Assembly: GCA_964019335.1 (NCBI GenBank)
Contig: OZ025682.1
Span: 496,001 to 560,000 of the forward strand
DNA length: 64,000 nt
From: Diplonema japonicum
Lineage: Eukaryota; Protista; Euglenozoa: Diplonemea
Direction: 5' to 3'
Shown here: positions 12,033 to 22,293 of the stretch, one piece after another
Numbering within the stretch: the first letter of the stretch is position 1
Layout: every line of letters begins with the position of its first letter
The notes under the pieces: model-generated
Told to the model about the DNA's origin: nothing
What the model saw: the letters and a program-made list of their open reading frames with translations, nothing else
The model's database searches: none
Position numbers and translations under genes: made by a program

Positions 12033-12159
12033 AGGTCGGGTTGACTCCCACCCTCCCTCCCAACTCTCCCTTCCAAGCCCGTGACGCAGGAGTCACACTT
12101 CCCCATATTCCAGGACAAGCTCGACGCCTATCAGCCGCGCAAGAACGACTACAGCATTA

Positions 12160-12905
12160 CGGTTCCGGTTCGTGGCGCTGGGGCTGGAGTTTGACCTGTT
12201 CGCGAGCCGTTGGCGTCTCGACCCCGCTTGGGTGAGCAAGGTTGATGGGCCTGCCGCTCAATTATTGGCGGAACGGAAGGCCCCGGTCAGGGCGTTGGAA
12301 GTTGGCGGGTATCCTGATTTGGCACCAATACGTCACTCTGTCCCCCTTTGCCGAGTTGGCGGTGATCTTGAAGTGGATGTCACTGGTGGCGTCGCAGGGT
12401 CGTGTGGCTGGGAAACAGCTGTGGATGACTCCGGTGGAGCTCGATGATTCGGTGCGTCAGCTTATGACTAAGCTGCTTGCGGTCGTTAGGGCTAACGACT
12501 GGCTGGCTTGGCGTCCCCCTCTGGCAAGGCTACTCAAGGGTGTCGGACGCGAGCGCTGTGGGTTGGGGCTTTGTGTATGGAGGCACTGCTGTCTATGGCG
12601 TGTTCCCACCTTGCCTATCGGGTGTGGACATACACCTGAATGAGCTGTTCGGGGTGGTTCGCTTGGTCCACTGGATAACTCAGCGTGAAAATAACGCGAG
12701 GGTTATAGCACAGTGCGACTACAAGGCAGTCATCGGCTACGTGACTCGTGGCTTTTCTCTGGACGCAACCACAATGCATTGGTTGGCGTTGCTCCAGACC
12801 ATGCTCACCAACAGCGGGTGCCAGCTAGAGCTGGTTTATGTCCCATCTGCCGAGAATCTCGCAGATCGGTATACGAGGCTGGCCTCTCAGAAGGTTCATT
12901 GTTAG
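12160..12905 (+). pseudogene. Reverse-transcriptase C-terminus remnant + DIRS-type RNase H
   Basis: FVALGLEFDL..WRL and WKLAGILIW, then SDASAVGWG...HLNELFG...QCDY...VYVPSAENLADRYTR (D-E-D-D residues of RNase H, DIRS1 pattern). Confidence 0.8.
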
Positions 12906-12991
12906 ACAGCCGTGATGTTCCCTTTTTAGTTTGGTTCAAGACCAATGCGGTTTACGCGCTTTTACTTTAATTTTGCCCGGACCCTCTCTTC

Positions 12992-13022
<31 letters not shown>

Positions 13023-13291
13023 AAAAGGAACAAAAGGAATGATTCACTTTACATTTAGAGGGGAGGGCGGAGGGCATTTTTTATATGGACCGGCACGTAC
13101 AAACAGCGGCCAGTTCCTCTTTTGCAAGAACGAGTCTTTGACTTGTCTAAACAAAAGGGGAACGTTGGCAACGTGTTTCGGTTGACAAGCTTCTCCAGGT
13201 TTTACCCGGCACGTACAAACAACGGCCAGTTCCTCTTTTGCCGGCTTGCACAAACAATTAGCCGACTTTTTCTCCCCCCCCCTTTTTTTGT

Positions 13292-13435
13292 TGCAAGAAG
13301 GATTCTTTGACTAGTCTAAACAAAAAGGGGAACATTGGCAATGTATTTTTCTTTTTACGGTCCCATAAACTTTCTCCCAGGTTTACCCCCGGCACGTAAC
13401 AAAAAAAAAAAGAAAAAAAACCGGCCAGTTCCTCG
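13292..13435 (+). repeat. Third, eroded copy of the element-2 A+B repeat
   Basis: tgcaagaaggattctttgactagtctaaacaaaagggg...ccggcacgtaac(A-run)ccggccagttcctc matches A/B with expanded homopolymers. Confidence 0.8.
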
Positions 13436-13580
13436 TTCCTGCCTTATTACGTTCCCTCTCTCTCTTTCTCCCTCCTTCCCTCTCTTTCTATCTTTACGCA
13501 TTCCTCCCCCCACCCACCCACCCATCCAGCAAACTTTTTAAAAAGAAAAAGGGGGGCAGAGGAAAAAAAAAAAAAGAAAA

Positions 13581-14552
13581 ATGTCGATGTCAATGGACCC
13601 CCCCATGCCGCGTCACATTCTGAAGGTGACGGACCTCACAGCTGAGGAGGTTGCAGATATTCTTCGTTTGGCCCGAGCGATGAAGCGAGACAGGGACAGG
13701 TACAATGAAGCTCTGAAGGGTGACACGCTGCTGATGCTGTTCGAGAAGCCCTCCCTGCGCACACGGGTGTCTCTTGAAACCGGAATGCACCAGATGGGCG
13801 GGCATGGTGTCTTCTACAGCATAGACAATTCCCCACTTGGAAAAAAAGAATCCATCAGCGACACAGGAAAGGTCCTCTCACGAATGGTTCAAGGCATCAG
13901 CGGAAGGGTGAACTCAAGAGAGAGCATCAGAGGCCTTTCAAAGGTGTCGTCAATACCTGTTGTCAACGCACTTGACGATTACGCCCACCCCATGCAAATG
14001 CTTGCTGACATCCTCACCATTCAAGAGAAATTCGGTGATTGGAAGGGCCTTACAATGGCGTACTTTGGTGACCTTGAGAACAATATGACATACGATTTGA
14101 TGAGACTTGCTGCCATGATGGGATTCAACTTTAGAATGGCAGGTGAAGGTGTCATAGAAGAGTCAGTGTGGGAAGAGGTTAATGAGATTGTGAAGACAAC
14201 AGGCGTCACAGTTGAGAGGATGAAAACGTCGGAGGAGGCTATCTCAGGGGTGGATATTGTGTACTGTGATTCGTGGATGTCTTATGGAATTCCTAAGGAA
14301 ATTGAGGAGCAGAGGATTAAGATGTTTATGCCGTTCCAGGTTACCTCCGATTTGATGAAGCTTGCGAACCCCAAGGCCATCTTCATGAACTGCCTCCCTG
14401 CAGCCCGTGGGATGGAGCAGACCGCAGAGGTCATCGATGGTGAACAATCCGTAGTTTTCGACCAGGCGGAAAACCGTCTCCATGCGCAGAAGGCACTTCT
14501 CGTTATGCTTCTTAGACCGCATGCCTTTAAGTGGTACCTCACTAGACTTTGA
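13581..14552 (+). CDS. OTC: Ornithine carbamoyltransferase
   Basis: FEKPSLRTRVS, NALDDYAHPMQ, YCDSWMSY, FMNCLPA, DQAENRLHAQKA. Confidence 0.95.
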   Translation: MSMSMDPPMPRHILKVTDLTAEEVADILRLARAMKRDRDRYNEALKGDTLLMLFEKPSLRTRVSLETGMHQMGGHGVFYSIDNSPLGKKESISDTGKVLSRMVQGISGRVNSRESIRGLSKVSSIPVVNALDDYAHPMQMLADILTIQEKFGDWKGLTMAYFGDLENNMTYDLMRLAAMMGFNFRMAGEGVIEESVWEEVNEIVKTTGVTVERMKTSEEAISGVDIVYCDSWMSYGIPKEIEEQRIKMFMPFQVTSDLMKLANPKAIFMNCLPAARGMEQTAEVIDGEQSVVFDQAENRLHAQKALLVMLLRPHAFKWYLTRL

Positions 14553-15165
14553 AGAAGGATTTTTTTTTTTTTTCTTTTTGCTGCTGCTGCGTTGTATTTT
14601 TTATTTTATTTTATTTTCTATAACATTTATTTTGGAAGAAAGAAGGAATGGGGCCCATAATAATAAAAAAAAAAAAAAGAAAATATTGATGGAACGTTAT
14701 GCATTATTTTTGTCCCCTCCTCCCCCCTTCTTTAAAAAAATAAACAAAAAAAATCGTTAAATTGTGCACGGACCTGTGGTGTGTTTCTTTTTTTTTTCTC
14801 CCCCAGAAAAATGATGATGCTGTCCTTTAAAAAACCCGTAAAGGAAGAAAAAAACCGTTCCAATATATATGACCGGGCCACCTGATGTCTTCTTCTTCCA
14901 AGCCTTTTCCCCTCATGTCCCTTTTCTCCCCCCCCCCCCCCCTCTTGAACACGCACGCGCTTTCATGTTTCATTATCGATATTTCCTTCTTTCACTCCCC
15001 CCCTTTTTTTTTATTCTCTCTCTTTTCTTAAACCCCCCTCCCCTTCCCCCCCCCCCCCCCCCCCACACGCCCTCTACAAAGAAGGGATTTTTTTTTGTTC
15101 GTTTTTTGTATTTGGATACGAAAATGTCCCAATTCCAGAACACAAAAAAAAAAAAAAAAAAAAAG

Positions 15166-15984
15166 ATGCCCCACACTAAAAAAGTGCTAGTAATGGTGAC
15201 AGGTGCAAGCAGAGGCTTGGGTAAAGCAATGTGTGAGAAGCTAAGCAAAGAAGAAGGGGTCATCGTGGTGAGGGGGGTGCGGGACATCAAGGACAGCCCT
15301 GGGCATAGCATCCTTCTAGACGTGTCTGACGAATCAACAGTTGTGAAGGCAGCGCAGGATGTGGAGGCCATCGCAAAGGCAGAAGCGGTGCATGAGCTAG
15401 TTCTCGTGAACAATGCGGGGATAGGGGAAGACCTGCCGTGGAAGCCCGCCAACAAGCAAATTGCAGAGAAAACACTTTGCGTCAACGTTACAGGCGTGCA
15501 CCTTGTCACCAAACACTTCCTCCCTCTCCTCCTTGCTTTCGGCAAGGGGCGCATCATCAACATCTCCTCAGGAGCAGCTTTGATGAACCTTGAGAAGACG
15601 CAGCCCCACATGCGCGAGCAGCTCTCCACCGCAATGGACTATCCTTCCATTGAGAAGCATGTTGCAGCCTTTGTATCGTACTACGAGGCTGCCTCTTCGC
15701 TCCCTTGCGACTCGCCTGCAGGGTACTGGTTGCAAGCATACGGGTTTTCAAAAGCCCTGTTGAACTCCTACACACGTCACATAGCCTCCTCCCACCCCAC
15801 TCTCGTTGTGCATGCCTGCACACCTGGCTTCGTGGCAACAGACATGACACAGGGCGCAGACCCTTCCAAGATGAAGACCCCAGAAGAGGGTGCCGTCACA
15901 CCTTGCTTTTTGATCCTTGGCTCTGCTGATGGGTCAGAGGCGTCGTACTGGAAGGACGGGTGTGTGAAAGGCGAGTGGTGCTGA
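15166..15984 (+). CDS. Carbonyl-reductase-like short-chain dehydrogenase/reductase
   Basis: TGASRGLG, LVNNAGI, IINISS, YGFSK (YxxxK), ACTPGFVATDMT, KTPEEGAVTP. Confidence 0.9.
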   Translation: MPHTKKVLVMVTGASRGLGKAMCEKLSKEEGVIVVRGVRDIKDSPGHSILLDVSDESTVVKAAQDVEAIAKAEAVHELVLVNNAGIGEDLPWKPANKQIAEKTLCVNVTGVHLVTKHFLPLLLAFGKGRIINISSGAALMNLEKTQPHMREQLSTAMDYPSIEKHVAAFVSYYEAASSLPCDSPAGYWLQAYGFSKALLNSYTRHIASSHPTLVVHACTPGFVATDMTQGADPSKMKTPEEGAVTPCFLILGSADGSEASYWKDGCVKGEWC

Positions 15985-16233
15985 AATGTTTTTTTTTTTT
16001 TTGTTTTTTTTTTTTTTGTACTGTCCGCAAGGGAAAAGTGTAACTTTCAAAAAAAAAAAAAAGAAAAAGAAAGAAAGAAGAAAAAAAAAACACTTTCCTT
16101 AGATACCTTTGAGTGCGATTAGTCGTTTACTTTCGAGGTTTTATTTTAAAAAAAAAAAAAGGGCTTTTAAGGTTTTCTTTTTAAAAACCGTGCAAAATTC
16201 TACAAAAATAGGTATTAAAAAAGAAAAAAACAA

Positions 16234-16632
16234 ATGCATGTGGTAAGCTGGCTGTTGTCAAAGGTAACCGGAAGTGGAAGGGGAAAGGGGAAGAAGGAGC
16301 TGATCGAGAATGAACAGAAAGTGAGGAAGTTGGAGGGCGTGGTGCAGAGGCAGAAGAAAGAGATAAAAGAGCTGAAAACGAAGCTGAGAGTGAGGCGGAA
16401 AAGGCCTAGGACTGTTTATGATATGCCTGTCTTGAAAGAGGCCTTTGAAAAAGTAAGGAGGGCAAGGGAGAACTCGCCCCCTCCTGTGCCCACTTGCTTC
16501 ACGAATACTGCAAACGGGGTGAAATGCCCAGCTTGCTCTGAAATTCTTGCGCCTAGCAGGGTTGTGGAACATTACTCCAAATGCCCGGATCGAAAGGAGG
16601 GGCTCGGAACAAGGTCAGATAGCAGTGAGTAA
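16234..16632 (+). CDS. Small coiled-coil protein with C-terminal C2HC (UBZ-like) zinc finger
   Basis: Coiled coil ELIENEQKVRKLEGVVQRQKKEIKELKTKL, then CPAC...VEHYSKC. Confidence 0.55.
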   Translation: MHVVSWLLSKVTGSGRGKGKKELIENEQKVRKLEGVVQRQKKEIKELKTKLRVRRKRPRTVYDMPVLKEAFEKVRRARENSPPPVPTCFTNTANGVKCPACSEILAPSRVVEHYSKCPDRKEGLGTRSDSSE

Positions 16633-17586
16633 AGTCTTTCAAAAAAAAAAAAGAGGAAAAAAAAAGTATTTTCCAGTCCAAATCTCCCCGTTCAAAAAAA
16701 AAAGTTTTTTTTTTCTAAAAAAAAAAGGGGGGGGTATTTTTTTTTTTCCCTCCCCATTTTATCTTAATTTACCCCATTTCTTTTGGAGGAGGGAAAGAAT
16801 GAAAAAAAAAGAGTATAAAAGGGAATTGGTGTTTATCTGATTTTGGTTTTCTTTCAGAGGGAAATAGTGGTTTTCCCCTCTTAAGCGATGTAGAGAGAGA
16901 AAAAAAAAAGAAATATATTTTCTTCTTGTTACCCTTTTCCTCCAGTCTTCTTCCACACAAAAAAAAAGTATCACTGTTGCATAAAAAGAAAATACAAGTT
17001 ACAAAGGTTTTTCTTTTCTTTTTTTTTTTCCCCTTTTTTTTGTCTAGCGCCATTGATGCTATTAAAGCACCGAGCAAGACTCTTGAAAAAGCAATTTGTA
17101 CGAGGTGGTTTCCTTGCTTTTGAAAAAAAACCCCCCCCTTTTTTGTTTTGTATGATATTTTTCTTTTTTTAAAAAAAAAAAAAAAAGCCTAACCTTTTTT
17201 TTTTTCTTCTTTTTTTTTTTTCTCTCCTGATTCTAGAAGAGGTTTAGATGGTATTTTTTTTATTTATTTCATGGAACAGCAAAACCCTTTGGGCCTGTTA
17301 TAGGTTAAGGCAAACAAGAAAAAGATGCCCCCCCCTACCGCGAGGGCACTAGACGCCATGTCATTTTGGAAATTCGCTAGACTGCCCAGCACCCACCTGC
17401 AGTATGTACTTTAGGGTACACTTGGGTCCGATTTGTGAGCGCTGGTTCACTTGTGCCACCTTAACGATAAAAGAGTTTTATTTTACATCTTCTATTTCCT
17501 TTCTTCTTTTCTTTACCCCTTACATTCCCATGGAATATTCACAGATTAGTTTTTTCAAAAGAAAAAAAAAAAAAAAAAAAAAAAAG

Positions 17587-18028
17587 ATGGCAGAAATGAG
17601 CGGTGCCCAAACCACCCACCAAGAATTGGTATGTGTGTTTATAAAATTCAATGTCAAATGGTTTTTTTTTTTTCCCATAGGTGCAGCACATTGATAGCAT
17701 GAAGGAGAAGAGGGCGGAACTGGACAGGTTTGTCCAGAAAGAAGAAGAGGTTTGTTTTCTTTTTTTTTTTTCGGGCTTTTAAAAGAAATCCCCCATCCAG
17801 GAGAAAGCACGTATTGTAAACGACTTAAGAATACTGAATGAGAGGCTGGCAAGGGTGGACGAAGGGCTGGCCAGGAAGTACGCGGCGAGGCAGGAGTACG
17901 ACAAGACCATCGCCGAGACGGAGAATGCCTTCAGCAAGATCATCGACAGCTCGCGTACTCTGCTTCACGTCCTGAAGAGGGAGAGCACTACTCTGAGCAG
18001 CAAGCACGTTGGGGACTCTTGGTCATGA
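17587..18028 (+). CDS. SSNA1: SSNA1/DIP13 copy 1; introns 17629-17680 and 17750-17800
   Basis: Spliced product [28 protein letters not shown]...[39 protein letters not shown] matches the SSNA1/DIP13 pattern. Confidence 0.88.
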
Positions 18029-18138
18029 GAAGCCCTTAAAGACCTGAAGGCCACACCCGTATACTCTGTAGACTAGATTGCACAGTTTAGTGTTTTGTTT
18101 ACAATTGAAAATTTCGGTCGAAAATTTCAGTTTTCATC

Positions 18139-18510
18139 ATGTTGCAGGTTACACAAATGAAAGAACGCGATGCTAGCTTTTGCAAGGCGGTGGAAAATAT
18201 CTATGTTATGTCAGGGTGTGGTCCCGCGCTGGGGACGGGACATGGCAGCAAAACAGTCATCCCAATTCTCAAAAAAGCCCCCGAGGTGAGAAAGGTCAGC
18301 AATGCGGATTTCAGGGCTGCCGTCGCACGGGGTATGTTGATACGGGGAGGAAGAAAAAAAAAAAGAAATGCACCAACAGGAACCGGCCCTGGTTTGACCT
18401 CTTTACAAAAATCATGCCTCACAGGCCCTCACGGGGGCTGCGTTATGCTGCACAAGAAGAACGGGTTGGGCAAGCTACCCATTTTGAAGGCGAGCGCGTT
18501 ACACCAATGA
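18139..18510 (+). CDS. Hypothetical small protein, probable in-frame intron 18332-18379
   Basis: Homopolymer-poor ORF with a gtatg...aacag segment typical of introns here. No recognisable family. Confidence 0.35.
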   Translation: MLQVTQMKERDASFCKAVENIYVMSGCGPALGTGHGSKTVIPILKKAPEVRKVSNADFRAAVARGMLIRGGRKKKRNAPTGTGPGLTSLQKSCLTGPHGGCVMLHKKNGLGKLPILKASALHQ

Positions 18511-18640
18511 AACGTTTTTTTTTGTTTTTTGTTTGCCCCCTTTTTTTCTTCTTCAGTTTAGTGGTTTATTCTTAAAAGAGGGTGGCGCAGACTCAGTATC
18601 GACCCCCCAAACCTTCACACAGGAAGGGGGCATCACCAAC

Positions 18641-19084
18641 ATGGCTGAAACAACAGGAGTGACACTGCAGTCGACCAATAATGAATTGGTATTGTAATTT
18701 GCAAAAAATGGGGGAAAAGAAAAAGAAAACCCTCCCATAGGTGCAGCACATTGATAGCATGAAGGAGAAGAGAGCGGAACTGGACAGGTTCATCCAGAAA
18801 GAAGAAGAGGTTTGTTTTCTTTTTTTCGGACTTTAAAAAAAACCCCCCCCATCCAGGAGAAAGCACGTATTGTAAACGACTTAAGAATACTGAATGAGAG
18901 GCTGGCAAGGGTGGACGAAGGGCTGGCCAGGAAGTACGCGGCGAGGCAGGAGTACGACAAGACCATCGCCGAGACGGAGAATGCCTTCAGCAAGATCATC
19001 GACAGCTCGCGTACTCTGCTTCACGTCCTGAAGAGGGAGAGCACTACTCTGAACAAGAAGCACGTTGGGGACTCTTGGTCATGA
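18641..19084 (+). CDS. SSNA1: SSNA1/DIP13 copy 2 (two introns at the same positions)
   Basis: [27 protein letters not shown]...; exon 3 is almost nucleotide-identical to copy 1. Confidence 0.9.
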
Positions 19085-19560
19085 GAAGCTTGAAGACCCC
19101 TTTGCTTCTCTCTCCCTCTTTGATACGATCTGCGATGCACCTTCCCACACTACGCACCCCCTTCCTTTTTTTTTTTGTATGTACGCTCTAGAACACTAGG
19201 GGGTCAGAAAGTATCGAAAAAGATTTGTTCTTCCGTTACCCCCCCCCCCCCCGATTTATGTTTAGATGTTCCTTTTATTTTTTCTTTGCCATCTCTCCCC
19301 CCTTTATCGCTTTTTTTTTTACTTCTCCCCCCCCCCCCCCCAACCACTCTCCCCAACAGAACAGTGTGGGGGAAACAACAAAGAAAAAAAAAGGTGAGGG
19401 GAGGAAATATTATTTCTTCCCTCAAAAAAAAAAAGAAAAGTTTACCCCCTCTGTTTTTTTTTATTGTGGAGCACCCACACACAAAAGTACGAAAGAAAAA
19501 AAAAGGACGAAGGGGGGGGGGGGAGGAAATTTAAAAAAAACAAAAAAAAAAGAAAAAAAA

Positions 19561-20168
19561 ATGGTGCTCTGGGAAGCGGTAGTGATAATCAACCCAATGA
19601 TAACGAAAGAGCAGCTGACGTCCACGCTGCGAACGTATTGCACGCATATTATGAAAAATGGCGGTGTGGTGAGGAAGCTGAGGAACGAAGGGGTCATGCG
19701 GTTGCACAAGGGGATGTACCCTGGGCCGATCGATAAGAGGAGAATGTATGTGCCAAGAAAGCACGAATGGAGGGTCCACGAGCCTGTGGACGAGCTTCAG
19801 CTGTTCCACGGGCGGTACGTGGTGCTGCTATATGACATGAACATCCCGGGGTCAGTGGGCTTCCAGAACCTCATCAACTCAAACACCACCACCCTCGAAT
19901 GGCTTATCAGACACCGCAGCAAGCACCACCCACTCGCAGCCTTCAAAGACCCCCACGACTACGAAATAGGTCACGACCTCCAAACCCTCACTGAACATGA
20001 CGAACAGCTCCTTCAATCCCATCCCACATGGAGACAGTATGGGGAAAAAAGAAAAAAAAAAAAAAAACTTACAGGTGGGGCACATTTCAATCTCGGCGCT
20101 GGTCCGACTACCTCTCGCAAAGTCCAAACACGACTGAGGTCGCCCCTGTGACGCCGACTCATTTCTAA
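19561..20168 (+). CDS. MRPS6: Mitochondrial ribosomal protein bS6m-like; intron 20037-20074
   Basis: MVLWEAVVIINP...IMKNGGVVRKLRNEGVMRL...HGRYVVLLYD is an S6-family pattern with an extended C-terminus. Confidence 0.75.
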
Positions 20169-20289
20169 AAGAAATGGAAAGGGGAATGAGAAAAAAAAAA
20201 AAAAAGAAATATCAGTGTGTTTTTCTAAATTTACTTTTCTTTTGAGTGGCGAAAGAAAAATATGAGATCAACAGACGGGGGAAGGAACA

Positions 20290-22142
20290 ATGACGCAAGG
20301 CCGTACCAGCAAGCCGGTGACTAAGTATTGCAAAAAAGAAAAAGGGGGGTAATAGAGAGCGCACCCCACCATGCAGAGATTCTTCCATCCCCGCTGCTGC
20401 TGCTGCGAAACAGAGCTCCGGCCAAGGTTTATGGAAACAAGGAAGATACACAGGCAGAAAGGCACAAAGTGCCACGATGGAGGTATGCAAAAGGTGTTAG
20501 CATTCCTTTGCAGCCTCCGAAGAGGCCATGTGGCAAGCCGCCCCTGTCGCCGCCAACGTCGCCTGATCTGGTTGTGGTGAACCTTGCCAGCTTCCGCCCT
20601 CTGTCCTTGCAGGATGTTGTGGTATGTCCCTGTTTGACAACACCCCCATAGCGGTCTCCCCTGTCGAGCAGCAGATGCTCCTCCATCCCCAGCCCTACGT
20701 GTCCGGAGAAGCACGAATCCAATGTTAGGGTAGCTCTGCGCGTGAGGCCATTCATCCCTGCAGAGGTCCAGCGTGGTATGGCCACGTGTCCGCCCGTCAT
20801 GGACCCTGTGGGCACGACCCTCAATGTGCAAGTCCCGAACAGAGGAATAAGCAGATTCACGTTCGACTCATTGCTGTGGAGCGCCAGCCAGCAGGACGTT
20901 CCCGTCGCCACGCAGCAGGATGTCTACACCGAGACAGGTGTCCCAGTCGTGGAGGCTACCTTCGCAGGCTACAACTCCTGCATCTTTGCGTACGGACAGA
21001 CCGGAAGTGGGAAAACACACACCATGATGGGCGGGGATGGCGACACCGAGAAGGGGCTCCTCCCTCGAGTGAGCGAGGAAGTCTTCCAGCGTGCGCAGAC
21101 AGAGTATGCGAGCAAGACGTGTACGTTCGAGGTGTCTTTCATGGAGATCTACTGCGAAAAAGTAAAAGATCTTCTGAACTCCGAACAGTGTTCGAAGGAC
21201 AAGTATGATAGCCTCAAGGTGCGGCAGCATCCAGTGAAGGGTGTTTTTGTAGATGGTGTGCGGAAGATGTCGGTCAGCACGTGGGAAGACTGTCGCAAGC
21301 TGCTGCAAAGGGGTGCACGGCAACGTGTCACAGCGAGCACGTCCATGAACGACAAGTCGAGTAGGTCACATGCTATCTTCACGCTGACGCTCACAGTGGG
21401 CGAGACCACAAGGATGTCGAGCAGCGGCCGCGTGGCCTCGTCGCAGAGAACCTCCTGCATCCATCTTGTGGACCTTGCAGGGTCAGAACGCGTCAGTAAG
21501 ACAGGCGCAACAGGGCATCTTCTTGAAGAAGCCACGCAAATCAACCTGTCGCTGACTGTTCTTAGGAAGGTGATCGATGCCCTGGTAGAGAGGTCACTCG
21601 GAGGCTCTGGCAAGGGGTCTGCGAGGTTGCTTCCTGTGCGAGAATCAATGTTGACGTGGATCTTGTCCGACTCCCTCGGGGGAAACAGCAAGACGACGAT
21701 GATCGCAACGGTGTCGCCCTCTCCTGACAACATCGAAGAGACCATCTCGACTTTGCGTTATGCTGTCAAGGCACGCAGCATCGTGAACATGACAAAGGTG
21801 AACGAGGATTCGCACGCCAGGATCGTGAGGGACCTTCAAACAGAATTGCAGAAGCTGAAGTCAGAACAGCAGGACAGGACCAACGACACATACGTGCTAG
21901 CGGACCAGATCAAACTGAACGAAGAGGCTCTCGCCGAAGTGAAAAGGGCAGCCTTAGCAACAGCAAACCAGCATATGAAGCTATTAGAAGAGGAACGCAC
22001 AAAACGACACAACGCCGAAGAGGAGATCAAGAAACTAACTCAACGCCTGCATAATGTGCAGAGGGCGCTGCTTATCAGGGAAGCAGCTTTGAAGGGTGTA
22101 CAGGATCAGGAGTCACGGTGCTCGCTGTGCTCTGTTATGTGA
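20290..22142 (+). CDS. Kinesin (kinesin-3-like motor); 30-31 nt introns 20325-20355, 20483-20513, 20622-20651
   Basis: VRVALRVRPF, GYNSCIFAYGQTGSGKT, SSRSHAIF, LVDLAGSER, LTWILSDSLGGNSKT, C-terminal coiled coil. The N-terminal exons were reconstructed manually. Confidence 0.88.
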
Positions 22143-22293
22143 CTTCCTTCTTTGGTTCCTTCCCTTAGTTGTTTACGTTGTTACGAACACGCTTTTACAG
22201 GAGTGTGCCACGTTTTAATCTTTTGTTTATTTTCCGAAGTCCTCTTTGTTTTGAATCCACCAGCCCTCAGCACCTACAGGACCTTCTGCAACC

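Larger units (their letters stand above)
11076..13241 (+). mobile_element. Degenerate DIRS/Ngaro/VIPER/TATE-like YR retrotransposon (element 2) with split direct repeats
   Basis: About 104-nt repeat A at 11076-11179 and 13120-13222, and a short repeat B at 13090-13124 and 13206-13241. Contains a gag-like ORF1, an RT C-terminal remnant and a DIRS-type RNase H. Confidence 0.8.

Noticed and set aside
13090-13435. Repeated ~116-nt units as a CRISPR array
   Set aside because: No unique spacers and no cas genes in a eukaryotic context. The pattern is better explained as retroelement split direct repeats.
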